Assembly: GCA_963701965.1 (NCBI GenBank)
Contig: OY969695.1
Span: 2,624,001 to 2,688,000 of the forward strand
Direction: 5' to 3'
DNA length: 64,000 nucleotides
Source of the DNA: an uncultured Gemmatimonadales bacterium
GTDB taxonomy: Bacteria > Gemmatimonadota > Gemmatimonadetes > Gemmatimonadales > Gemmatimonadaceae
Shown: positions 43,500-52,124 of the stretch, piece by piece
Numbering within the stretch: position 1 is the stretch's first letter
How the letters are laid out: the number at the start of each line of letters is the position of its first letter
Notes under the pieces: generated by a model
What the model saw: only the letters and a program-made list of their open reading frames with translations
Database searches by the model: none
What the model was told of the DNA's origin: nothing
Program-made: the position numbers and the translations under genes

Positions 43500-43858
43500 C
43501 GCCGCTCCCCGCTCTGCACCCACTTCGTCGGCGTGCCCTCGAGCGCGCCGCCGGGTGTCGGGCGCCACAAGGCGACGTCCTCGATCTTCCGTGCGAGATC
43601 GAGATCTTTGCCAGTGATGCCGCCGGCCGAGTGCGTCTGCAATTTCACGCCGACGCGGGCCCAGGTGACGCTCAGGTCCGGGTGATGGTTTGCGGCCTCG
43701 GCGAGATACCCGATGGTGTTCACCAGCATCAGCGTCGTGCGCCAACCGTCGGTCTTGTAGTACCGCCGTACCCATCCGTCCTCGTAATACCAGCCGGGGA
43801 GGGCCGCGAGTTGACTCTCGATCTCGGCGTCCGTGAATATCGGCTCTTTCTTGGTCAC
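43496..43858 (-). CDS. Pterin-4-alpha-carbinolamine dehydratase family protein
   Basis: AEAANHHPD, THSAGGITGKD. Confidence 0.92.
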   Translation of the reverse strand: MTKKEPIFTDAEIESQLAALPGWYYEDGWVRRYYKTDGWRTTLMLVNTIGYLAEAANHHPDLSVTWARVGVKLQTHSAGGITGKDLDLARKIEDVALWRPTPGGALEGTPTKWVQSGERR

Positions 43859-44617
43859 ATCACGACTCCTCCATTAATGAGCATCGTTTGACCGGTGATG
43901 AACGACGCGGCGGGTGACGCGAGGTAGACAGCGGCGCCGGCAACGTCGTCCGGCGTGCCCCATCGCCCGAGCGGGGTGGCGTCGCTTACCTGTCGCCGGC
44001 GCCCGGCGTCGAGGCCGGCAGCGAACGCGGTGTCGATCCACCCTGGCGCGAGGATGTTCACCCGGACCTTTGGGGCAACCGTGCGGGCGAGCGACTTACT
44101 GAAGCTCAGCACGCCGCCCTTGACGGCGGCGAACATCTCCGGGTTCCGGCCCTCCATCCCCGCTAAGGCGTGGTCCCAGCTCATGTTGATGATGACCCCG
44201 CCCGCGGGCTGCGCGGCCATCAGATCGGCGGCGGTCCACGATGCGAGCATCGTTCCGCGGCAGGTCGACCGTCAGGAGTCGGTCGAGCTTCTCGTGGGTC
44301 GGGAGCGCCGCGCCGGCGCCGGTCAGAATGTCGGCGCCCGCGTTGTTGACCCAGACGTCGATCCGGCCGGCGGCCGCTCGGGCCTGCCTGGCCAACGCCG
44401 TGATCGACGGCTGGTCCGCGAGGTCCAGCGGGAATACGTAGGCGCGGCGGCCTTTGGCGCGAATGGCCGCGGCGACGGACTCGGCGTCCGTGGCATCCCG
44501 CCAGTAAGTCGCCACCACATCGGCGCCCGCGTTCGCGCAGGCGAGCGCGATGGCGCGGCCGATCCCGCTGGATGCGCCGGTGACGAGCACCACGTGACCG
44601 ATCAGGCTCTCTCCCAC
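43855..44617 (-). CDS. SDR oxidoreductase with FxxxK in place of YxxxK (frameshift at ~44259)
   Basis: TGASSGIG, VNNAG, MFAAVK, APGWIDT, ITGQ. Confidence 0.88.
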
Positions 44618-44649
44618 ACCGGGCCTCTCAGGTGTTAGCGTAAGCTAGC

Positions 44650-45564
44650 ATGCGACTCCTGGTCAGTGTGGCGGACGCGGCCGACGCGTACGCGGCAGTC
44701 GACGGCGGCGCCGACATCGTCGACGCCAAAGACCCGACGCGCGGCGCCCTCGGCCCCGTCTCGCCGGCGGCGCTTCGCGCCATCATCGGCGCCGTTGCCG
44801 GCCGGCGGCCAGTCAGTGCCGCGATCGGCGAGATCACGGACGGCATGCTCGGCGCACGCGCCTTCGGCGCGGCGCCGCACTGTAAGCAAGCCGGCATCGC
44901 ATCGCCGCCACTCGTCCAAGGCGACTTCGCGTTGTCCCCAGTCGTGCACGGCGATTTCGCATCGTCGCAATTCGTCCCGGGCGACATCGCGCTGCCGCCA
45001 TTCGCCCAAGGTGAATTCGCATCGCCGCCACTCGTCCGAGGCGACATCGCGCTGCCGCCATTCTCCCACGGCGACTTCGCATCGCTGCAATTCGTGAAAG
45101 TCGCCTTCGCGCCTGGGATGTCGGCGACGGCGGCCGCGAAGCGGGCCGCCGAGATGATCGACGTGGGGACCGTGCGCTGCGTGTTGGCCGCCTACGCCGA
45201 TGCCGGGCTGCATCGCGATGACGTCGTAGAGATCGCCGCGCAGATCGGCGCGTCGGGCGTATTGCTCGACACGTTCGATAAGACCGGTCCGGGTCTCTTC
45301 GACGTGGTCGACGACGACACGTTGGCGCGCTGGGTCCGGGGCGCGCAACGGGCGGGGTTGACCGTCGCGTTGGCGGGGCGTCTCTCGGCCGCTGAGCTGC
45401 CGCGGGTGGCGGCGCTCGGTGCGGACATTGTCGGCGTGCGCGGGGCCGCGTGTGTGGGCGGCCGCGAGGCCCAAGTCTCGCCGGCCGCTGTCCGCGCGCT
45501 CCGCGCTACGATCCAGCGAGAAACCGCTCCCATGCCGGATTGCCGCGCAGCGGCCAGTACGTGA
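44650..45564 (+). CDS. mfnB: (5-formylfuran-3-yl)methyl phosphate synthase, MfnB/Orf22-like, with an internal repeat insert
   Basis: GADIVDAKDPTRGALG, VSAAIG, LLDTFDK, LAG, GVRGAAC. Confidence 0.85.
   Translation: MRLLVSVADAADAYAAVDGGADIVDAKDPTRGALGPVSPAALRAIIGAVAGRRPVSAAIGEITDGMLGARAFGAAPHCKQAGIASPPLVQGDFALSPVVHGDFASSQFVPGDIALPPFAQGEFASPPLVRGDIALPPFSHGDFASLQFVKVAFAPGMSATAAAKRAAEMIDVGTVRCVLAAYADAGLHRDDVVEIAAQIGASGVLLDTFDKTGPGLFDVVDDDTLARWVRGAQRAGLTVALAGRLSAAELPRVAALGADIVGVRGAACVGGREAQVSPAAVRALRATIQRETAPMPDCRAAAST
44893..45099 (+). repeat. Coding 30-bp tandem repeat (six full copies plus one partial)
   Basis: GGCGAC/GGCGAT/GGTGAA recurs at 44920, 44950, 44980, 45010, 45040 and 45070. Confidence 0.92.
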
Positions 45565-48166
45565 TGTCGGTCCGCGCGGACCACAGCGAGAATCCCGTCT
45601 TGAGCGTCATCAGCCGGCGCAGGTGCGCGATGGCGGAATCGGCCATGCCAATGGTCCCGAACACGGCCGCAACAGTCTGCTCGAAGTTCGCCCGCTGCGG
45701 ATCGTCAGCGCTGAGCGAATCCGCGTAGCGCTCGAGCGAGATCACCTGTTGCATGGCCTTCGGGCGGTCGCCGCGAAATGAGTAGCCCCATCCAAGCAGC
45801 TGATAGCGGGCGAAGATGAGCGGGCCGGTCAAGCGCGGCGACAGCCCGATGCGCACGACCGAATCCCCGTACGCGCGCGCCGCCTGCTGATCGCCGAGCG
45901 CGAGCACCGCCAGTCGCTTCGCGATATAGAACGTGCTGGAATCCAGAAACTGCCCCGCGTGCGCGTCCTCGAGCGACATGTGCTGCAGTTTTTCCCAGCC
46001 CGTGCGGCCAAAGTTCGTGTACTGCGTCGCCAGCGTCACGGTCATCACCACGCCGCGCGCTTCGGCCGTATCCATGGTCCGGCGTCCCGCCGCCGTGTCT
46101 CCGCGCCCGTCGATCTCGGCGTTGATGCGCCAGCTGTACCCGATCGACGACGTCGGCGCCAACGCGATATACCGATCCGCGTACCGTTCCGTCTCGGCGT
46201 AGCGGTGATAGTTGTACGTCTGACCGATGACCCGCTGCAGGGTGACGAGTGCCCGCGGATCCAGCTTCACGGCCTTGGCCAGGTTCGCGAACCCCTCCGT
46301 CGTCTGGCCTTGGACGATCTGCGCGCTGCCGAGACGCGAGAGGAGATTCGCATCGTTGGGCCGCAACGCCTGGGCCCGCGTCAACTCCTCCATCGCTCGC
46401 GCCTTGTCCTTCAAGAAGAAGTCCAGGTAGAAGGCGCGGACCGCGTGTCCGTCGGCGAGACCCGGCTTGAGCGCAAACGCCGAATCCAGGGAGCGCTTCG
46501 CGGACGCGAGGCGACTCGTGTCGGAGATATCCAGAATGGCCCAACTGAATTGCGCATCGGCGAGCTTGGCGAACGCCAACGCGAACGATGGGTCGAGATG
46601 TGTGGCCTCCCCGAACGCGCCCATGGCCTGGCGAATGTTCTCGGGGGAGAGCTCGTTAATGGTCTGGTCGAACGCCTCTCCGCGCATGTACGCATCGTAC
46701 GCCCGCGGGTTGGCCGTCGGGCGATCCACGAGCGCCTTCTGCTCGTCGCCGTTGAGCGTGACGTTGAGCGCGTCGGCGACCTCGGTCGCCACCTTCGTCT
46801 GCACATCGAACACATCGGCGGGCGAGACCTGGTACGGTCCGCCCGCGGGCTTCGTGGTCAGATCGTTCGTGCTCACCAGCGATGGCGAGATCTGCACCAG
46901 CGGCGCGCCCTTCTCGTTCGACGCCCAGCGCACGGTGCCTTCGAGCACGTACTGGACCCCGAGCTCGCGGCCGATCTGCCGCACCGATTTCGTCGTGTTC
47001 CGGTACTGTCCGGCGCTCCGCCGATCGATGACGCCGAGGTTGTGCAGGCTCGCCAGGCGATTCGTGATGGCCTCGGTAAGCCCGTCCGCGAAATACGCGT
47101 CCGACGCCGGTCCCTGATTCTCGAACGGCAGGACCGCGAGCATGGTCTGCCCCTTGGGCGTATCGAACCGCTGGCGATGCAACAGGGTCCAGGCGCCCGC
47201 GGCCACCGCCAGAAACGCCGCCGCGACCGCGGCGACGCGAGGATGCGAGGGCCGCCGGCTCCCCCGGCCGGCGGGAACCGCCGCGTTGGTCGGCGTCCAC
47301 GTGCCGCTCGATGTGGGGATCGAGTCCAGCACCCGGATGATCTCGTCCGCCGATTGCGGGCGGTCGGCCGGCCGCTTCTCCAGGCACCGCATGACCACCG
47401 CGCCCAGCGCCTGCGGGATCGCCGGGCGGCGCCGGGTGACGGATTCCGGCGTCTCTATCGCATGCGCGGCCAACATCGCCTGGGCCGGTCGCCCGGCGAA
47501 CGGCGGATCGCCTGTCAACAGCTCGTACGACATCGCGCCGAACGCGTACAGGTCGGCCCGGTGGTCCGTCGCCGGATCGGCCGCGGCCTGCTCCGGCGCC
47601 ATGTACGCCGGGGTGCCGAGCGCGACGCCGAACTGCGTGAGTTGCCCCTGGCCGCTCATCGTCGCCGCGGCATTGAGCGCCTTCGCCACCCCGAAATCGG
47701 TGACCATTGCCGACCCGCCGGAGATCAGCACGTTGTCCGGCTTGATGTCGCGGTGGACCACGCCGTTGGCGTGCGCATAGCTCAGTGCCGACGCTACTTC
47801 GCGGAGCACCCGCACGGCCTCGCCGACGGGCAGTTCGCCGCCCTTGGCCAGCCGATTTCGCAGGGACTCGCCGTCGATGAACGGCATCGTGAAGTACGGG
47901 AGACCGCCCGACTCGCCCGCCGCGAGCAACGGCACGATGTGCGGATGCTGGAGCCGCGCCGCTACCTGGATCTCGCGGCGGAACCGTTCCACATTGAGGC
48001 CCTCGGCCAGCTCCGGGGACATCACCTTGATCACGACCGTGCGCGCCAGCACCGTCTCTTCGGCCACGAAGACGCGCGACATGCCCCCACCGCCGAGCTC
48101 TCGCTCGAGGCGATAGGCGGTTCCCAGGGTCGATTGGAGGCGGGCGCGGAGCGCGTCGTCGGTCAC
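45506..48166 (-). CDS. Membrane Ser/Thr protein kinase with TolB-like and TPR domains
   Basis: GGGGMS, HRDIKPDN, DFG, YMAPE; TM; AVLPFEN; TPR-like helices. Confidence 0.93.
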   Translation of the reverse strand: MTDDALRARLQSTLGTAYRLERELGGGGMSRVFVAEETVLARTVVIKVMSPELAEGLNVERFRREIQVAARLQHPHIVPLLAAGESGGLPYFTMPFIDGESLRNRLAKGGELPVGEAVRVLREVASALSYAHANGVVHRDIKPDNVLISGGSAMVTDFGVAKALNAAATMSGQGQLTQFGVALGTPAYMAPEQAAADPATDHRADLYAFGAMSYELLTGDPPFAGRPAQAMLAAHAIETPESVTRRRPAIPQALGAVVMRCLEKRPADRPQSADEIIRVLDSIPTSSGTWTPTNAAVPAGRGSRRPSHPRVAAVAAAFLAVAAGAWTLLHRQRFDTPKGQTMLAVLPFENQGPASDAYFADGLTEAITNRLASLHNLGVIDRRSAGQYRNTTKSVRQIGRELGVQYVLEGTVRWASNEKGAPLVQISPSLVSTNDLTTKPAGGPYQVSPADVFDVQTKVATEVADALNVTLNGDEQKALVDRPTANPRAYDAYMRGEAFDQTINELSPENIRQAMGAFGEATHLDPSFALAFAKLADAQFSWAILDISDTSRLASAKRSLDSAFALKPGLADGHAVRAFYLDFFLKDKARAMEELTRAQALRPNDANLLSRLGSAQIVQGQTTEGFANLAKAVKLDPRALVTLQRVIGQTYNYHRYAETERYADRYIALAPTSSIGYSWRINAEIDGRGDTAAGRRTMDTAEARGVVMTVTLATQYTNFGRTGWEKLQHMSLEDAHAGQFLDSSTFYIAKRLAVLALGDQQAARAYGDSVVRIGLSPRLTGPLIFARYQLLGWGYSFRGDRPKAMQQVISLERYADSLSADDPQRANFEQTVAAVFGTIGMADSAIAHLRRLMTLKTGFSLWSARTDITYWPLRGNPAWERFLAGS

Positions 48167-48726
48167 GGTACCATAAGATTATGCCAGACCTCGTCGGAGG
48201 CGAGCGCGATGTTGAGCTCGCCGGCGCGGCCGGCGGCCAACACGCGGGCGTCCAGGGCCTTGGGTCGGGCGCACGGGAAGTAGCGATCCGTCGCCCCAGG
48301 TACCGCCGCCGGCTTGATCAAAAGGAGCCGCCGGGCGCCGACGGCGCCGGCGATCCAGGCGGCGATGCTGTCGCTGGTGACATCCCAGGAGTGGGGCAGC
48401 GGATCGGCGGCCCGGAGCCACCGGTACGGGGCGAGGATGCCGAGCCCCCCGAATGGGGGTCGATCCGCCACGACCGCCTGTGGGAGGCGCGACGCCAGCA
48501 CCCAGGCGTATTGGTCCATGGCGAGAATCGCCGCCCAATGGGCGGCGTCCGCGCCCAGCCCCAGTGTCCTATCGACCGCACGCACGGCGTCGGCAAACGG
48601 ACCACCGCCCGGGACGATCAACGTTCGGCCATTGGCGGGAATGCTGGCGAGCTCGGCCACAACCGCATCAAAAAGCGGGCGATCCGCCAACAGAGCGCCG
48701 CCTACTTTCACGACAGTGTCGATCAC
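48163..48726 (-). CDS. Amino-acid-kinase-family protein, MfnE/Orf21-like
   Basis: VVKVGG, PGGGPFADAVR, AHWAAI, SWDVTSDSIA. Confidence 0.87.
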   Translation of the reverse strand: MIDTVVKVGGALLADRPLFDAVVAELASIPANGRTLIVPGGGPFADAVRAVDRTLGLGADAAHWAAILAMDQYAWVLASRLPQAVVADRPPFGGLGILAPYRWLRAADPLPHSWDVTSDSIAAWIAGAVGARRLLLIKPAAVPGATDRYFPCARPKALDARVLAAGRAGELNIALASDEVWHNLMVP

Positions 48727-49751
48727 GCCCGGGCCAGGAGGAGCGCGACCGCCGCGGCCGGCGCACATTCCGCGGCGGCGACGCCCAGCGTGTCGGAGAG
48801 CGCGATCGGCTGCAGCCCTGCTTGGCGGCAGGCCGCCTCGGCGATCGCCGCGCCGATGCCGGCAACGACGCCCGTGGACAGCGAGGGGTGGCGCTCCCGG
48901 ACCCGGGCGATCGCGCCCGCGGTGCGCGCCACCTGCGCGTCGCCGACGTACGTGGCGATGGCATTGATCGCCTTTTCGTCCAGCATTTCCCGGTCGGCGC
49001 ACACGACGCGGGCGATCCGCTCGGCCGCGAACGTACGCGCCGCGGGGCGGCCATCGGGCGTTGGCGCCGTGTACACCGTGGAACTGATCGTTCCGCGCCA
49101 CACGTGCACATCGCCCACGAGCGCGAAGCCCTCCGCGCTCACGCCGGCCCAACCAGCGCCCAGCGGCACCGCCCGCACGATCGCTTCGACCGGTGTCCGC
49201 ACCGCGCCCAGGTAGACCAGCTCACCCGATGCCAGACGTTCGGGATCGGTATGTCCCTCGGCGACGACCCGCCCGTCGACGATCGGGATGATGTCGGTCG
49301 TCGTCGAGCCGATATCGACCAGGACCGCATCCGGGACGTGCGCGGCGACCATCTGCGCCATGGCGACCCAGTTGGCGGCCGCCACGGCGAGCGGCTCGCG
49401 CCGGGCCGACTCGACCGTGAGCCAGCGGCCGTCGGTCGTGAATACCGCGATGCGGGCGCGCGGGAACGCGGCGGCGACGCCATTGAGCACAAACGCGACC
49501 CCTTCGCGCTTCGTCCGAAAGGCCTGTGACAGCTCGGCGGTCATGGTCACCGCGTGGGCCTCTTCGCCGATCCCCCCGATCTCGGCGGCGAGCGTGGTCA
49601 AGAGCCCGGGCAACGCGCCGAGGTCGCGCTGGATCTCGTAGGGCCGCGACCGCACGGCGACCACGCCGGGCCGCCCCGCGGCGTCCACGCCAACGCCGGC
49701 GACCTTGGTGTTGACGCCACCGATGTCCCAGCCGATTACCGTACAGGTCAT
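48723..49751 (-). CDS. Hydantoinase/oxoprolinase-like MfnF/Orf9 homolog
   Basis: GWDIGGVNTK, TMTAEL, AAANW, DIGSTTTDI, GELVYLG. Confidence 0.88.
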   Translation of the reverse strand: MTCTVIGWDIGGVNTKVAGVGVDAAGRPGVVAVRSRPYEIQRDLGALPGLLTTLAAEIGGIGEEAHAVTMTAELSQAFRTKREGVAFVLNGVAAAFPRARIAVFTTDGRWLTVESARREPLAVAAANWVAMAQMVAAHVPDAVLVDIGSTTTDIIPIVDGRVVAEGHTDPERLASGELVYLGAVRTPVEAIVRAVPLGAGWAGVSAEGFALVGDVHVWRGTISSTVYTAPTPDGRPAARTFAAERIARVVCADREMLDEKAINAIATYVGDAQVARTAGAIARVRERHPSLSTGVVAGIGAAIAEAACRQAGLQPIALSDTLGVAAAECAPAAAVALLLARA

Positions 49752-50436
49752 GCGGCTCATTGGGGTGATCGACTTGGCCGGCGGGCAAGCGGTCCACGCG
49801 CGCGGAGGGCAGCGGGCCGCCTACGCGCCCGTTCGATCCGCGCTTTTACCTTCCGGCGGCGGCGCCGATCCCGTTGCGCTGGCGCGCGCCTATCTCGATG
49901 TGCCGGTCGCGGAAATATACGTGGCCGATCTCGATGCGATCGCCGGCGACGAGCCGGCTTGGGATACGGTCGAGGCCCTGTCGCGGCTCGGCGTGCCGGT
50001 CTGGATCGATGCGGGCCAGCGCTCGGTCGAGGTCGCGGCGGGAGCGCCCACGGTGCGGGCGGTGATCGGGCTCGAGACGTTGCGCTCATGGCACGAGCTG
50101 GCAGCGCCAGGCGCTGCCTTCAGCCTCGATCTCCGACGTGGCCGCCCACTCGTGGGCGACGAGCCGCCCGCGGCCCTGGCGCGGCGCGCAGTGGCCGCCG
50201 GCGCTTCCGCCATCGTCCTGCTCGACCTCGCCCGCGTCGGGTCGTCAACCGGGCTCGACTGGGTAACGGTCCAGGAAGTCCGTACGTCAACGATGGGGGT
50301 GGAACTCATCGTCGGCGGAGGCGTACGGGACTCACAGGACGTGGATCGGCTGGCGGATCTGGGCTGCAACGGAGTCCTCGTCGCAACTGCCCTCCATGAG
50401 CGTCGCCTTGGGCACGGAGTTTTCCTGAGGACTTGA
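49750..50436 (+). CDS. HisA-related TIM-barrel protein (Orf17-like)
   Basis: IGVIDLAGGQAVHARGG, YVADLDAI, LDLARVG, GGGVR, ATALH. Confidence 0.87.
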   Translation: MRLIGVIDLAGGQAVHARGGQRAAYAPVRSALLPSGGGADPVALARAYLDVPVAEIYVADLDAIAGDEPAWDTVEALSRLGVPVWIDAGQRSVEVAAGAPTVRAVIGLETLRSWHELAAPGAAFSLDLRRGRPLVGDEPPAALARRAVAAGASAIVLLDLARVGSSTGLDWVTVQEVRTSTMGVELIVGGGVRDSQDVDRLADLGCNGVLVATALHERRLGHGVFLRT

Positions 50437-50439
50437 GGG

Positions 50440-51084
50440 ATGAGAAAAGCGACGGCGGTATTCGTGGCGGCGATAGCGGCCGGGGTCGCCACTGGCGGCG
50501 CCCTACCCGCGCAAGCGGTGCGGCTGGGAGTGGTCATGGATGGACCACGGCAACAGCTCATCGAAGCGTGGAACGATGCGAACCCGCGGCAGGTCGAGCG
50601 CGCGTACTGCGTCGTCGATTGGTCGTTTGGCGTCTACCATGTTTCGCGCACGCCGCCGATTCAGGATGACACGGTGTTCCGCGTGTTCGCCATCAAACCG
50701 ACGGACGTGTCCAACGCGACGCCCGCGTCCGCGGACTTCGAGTGCCCCACCGGGAGCCCGGAGTTGCACGTGCACACGCCGACGACGTGTATGGGCGACG
50801 ATGTCGACACGTGCCGGCTGGGCGGCCTCAACGCATATAGCTGTCAGCCGAGCCGCAATGATTACGAGAAGCTCGTGCGCCGGCACGACACGTTCGGTGT
50901 GATCCAGTGCGACCGGCGGTCATTTCGCTTCTACTATCCGAGCGACTACGCGACGCCCGACGAGACGTGGCTGTCGAGCGCCGCGGGCAAGCCGCCGGAG
51001 GTCAAACAACGGCCCGGGAATCTGACGCCGGCCATGAAGCCTGGATATGAGCGTCAGCCCCATCAGGGCGACCAACAGCCCTAG
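50440..51084 (+). CDS. Secreted Cys-rich protein with a JAB/MPN+-like motif
   Basis: Signal peptide ending AQA; E (VERAYC)...HVH...PSRND. Confidence 0.6.
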   Translation: MRKATAVFVAAIAAGVATGGALPAQAVRLGVVMDGPRQQLIEAWNDANPRQVERAYCVVDWSFGVYHVSRTPPIQDDTVFRVFAIKPTDVSNATPASADFECPTGSPELHVHTPTTCMGDDVDTCRLGGLNAYSCQPSRNDYEKLVRRHDTFGVIQCDRRSFRFYYPSDYATPDETWLSSAAGKPPEVKQRPGNLTPAMKPGYERQPHQGDQQP

Positions 51085-51267
51085 TGTCTGGTCGTATCCT
51101 TCGGCATTCTGTTGGTGCGCCATGCCCGTGTCGGTCGACGCCGCTGGCGGCGGCTGCGTCGCTGCCGCGCCCGTATCGGCCATTGCGCCACTGCTCGAGT
51201 TCGATGTTCGCCCCCCGCTGCAGGCGGTGAGCAAGGCGGCGACTGCTATCGCTGTCACGTATCTCAT
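51081..51267 (-). CDS. Small lipoprotein (probable +1 frameshift at ~51107)
   Basis: SD GGGAG; LTAC lipobox; removing one base gives ...QMPKDTTRH* with stops overlapping at CTAG. Confidence 0.6.
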
Positions 51268-51344
51268 GGATTGTGCTCCCCGAAGTTGGATAGTCCCCGA
51301 AACCACGGTGTTTGAGCAAGTACCGGACCCATTAGGTTGCAGAC

Positions 51345-51786
51345 ATGGATCGTCGCGCATTCCTTTACGCTGGTACGAGCGCAGCTGTAGGACTGCTGTT
51401 CCGGCAGCCTGACGACGATGAGCCGACGGAGGCCGTGAAACGCGTATTGGCTACGCGCTTCGGGTCTCGTCCGCTGACCAAGGGGCATGTGCAGTTCGAC
51501 ATTCCCGAAAACGCGCCCGATGGCCGCGCGGTGCCGGTATTCATCGAGACGGATTTACCGATGACGCCGGAGCGTTACGTCAAGGCGTTCCATCTCCTTG
51601 TCGACCACAACCCGGACATTTATCTCGCCGGGTTCACGTTCTCTCCGGCCCTCGGCGCGGCGTCGATCGACACGCGCATCAGAGATGCGGCGCACGTCCT
51701 ATGTGCGCGCCATCGCCGAGATGTCGAGTGGCGAGTTGTACGTGTCGGCGAAGAAAGTGTTCGTTTTGCTCAACGGGTGCGGCTGA
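51345..51786 (+). CDS. SoxY-like sulfur carrier with Tat signal (frameshift at ~51682)
   Basis: MDRRAFL; PENAPDGRAVPV, VDHNP, TRI; the shifted frame ends NGCG. Confidence 0.85.
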
Positions 51787-52124
51787 TGGCGACCGGCGAT
51801 GCGCGCGTGATCGTTCCCGCCGGTATCAAGGCCGGCGATGTCATCTACGTGCGGGCCATCATCGAACATCCCATGGACACGGGATTCTTTCGCACCCCCG
51901 ACGGCCAGCCGATCCCGGCGTATTTCATACAGGATGTCACCGTCCGATACGGCGAGGACGAGATCGCGCACTACGAGTGGACGTCGGGGGTGAGCCGGGA
52001 TCCATCGGTGACGTTCGCGTTGAAGGCGGTGCGTGAAGCGCCGATCGCCGTGACGTGGAAGGACAACAAGGGTGGTGTGTACCACCAGTCGGCCGACGTG
52101 AGATTCGCGCCGCAGGCGCAATGA
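51786..52124 (+). CDS. SoxZ-like protein
   Basis: IIEHPMDTG, IPAYFI, VSRDP, WKDNKG. Confidence 0.87.
   Translation: MATGDARVIVPAGIKAGDVIYVRAIIEHPMDTGFFRTPDGQPIPAYFIQDVTVRYGEDEIAHYEWTSGVSRDPSVTFALKAVREAPIAVTWKDNKGGVYHQSADVRFAPQAQ

Noticed and set aside
51345..52124. SoxY-SoxZ fusion protein (259-aa ORF in the track)
   Set aside because: Produced by the indel at ~51682; the true SoxY C-terminus (NGCG*) is in another frame and SoxZ has its own TGATG-coupled start
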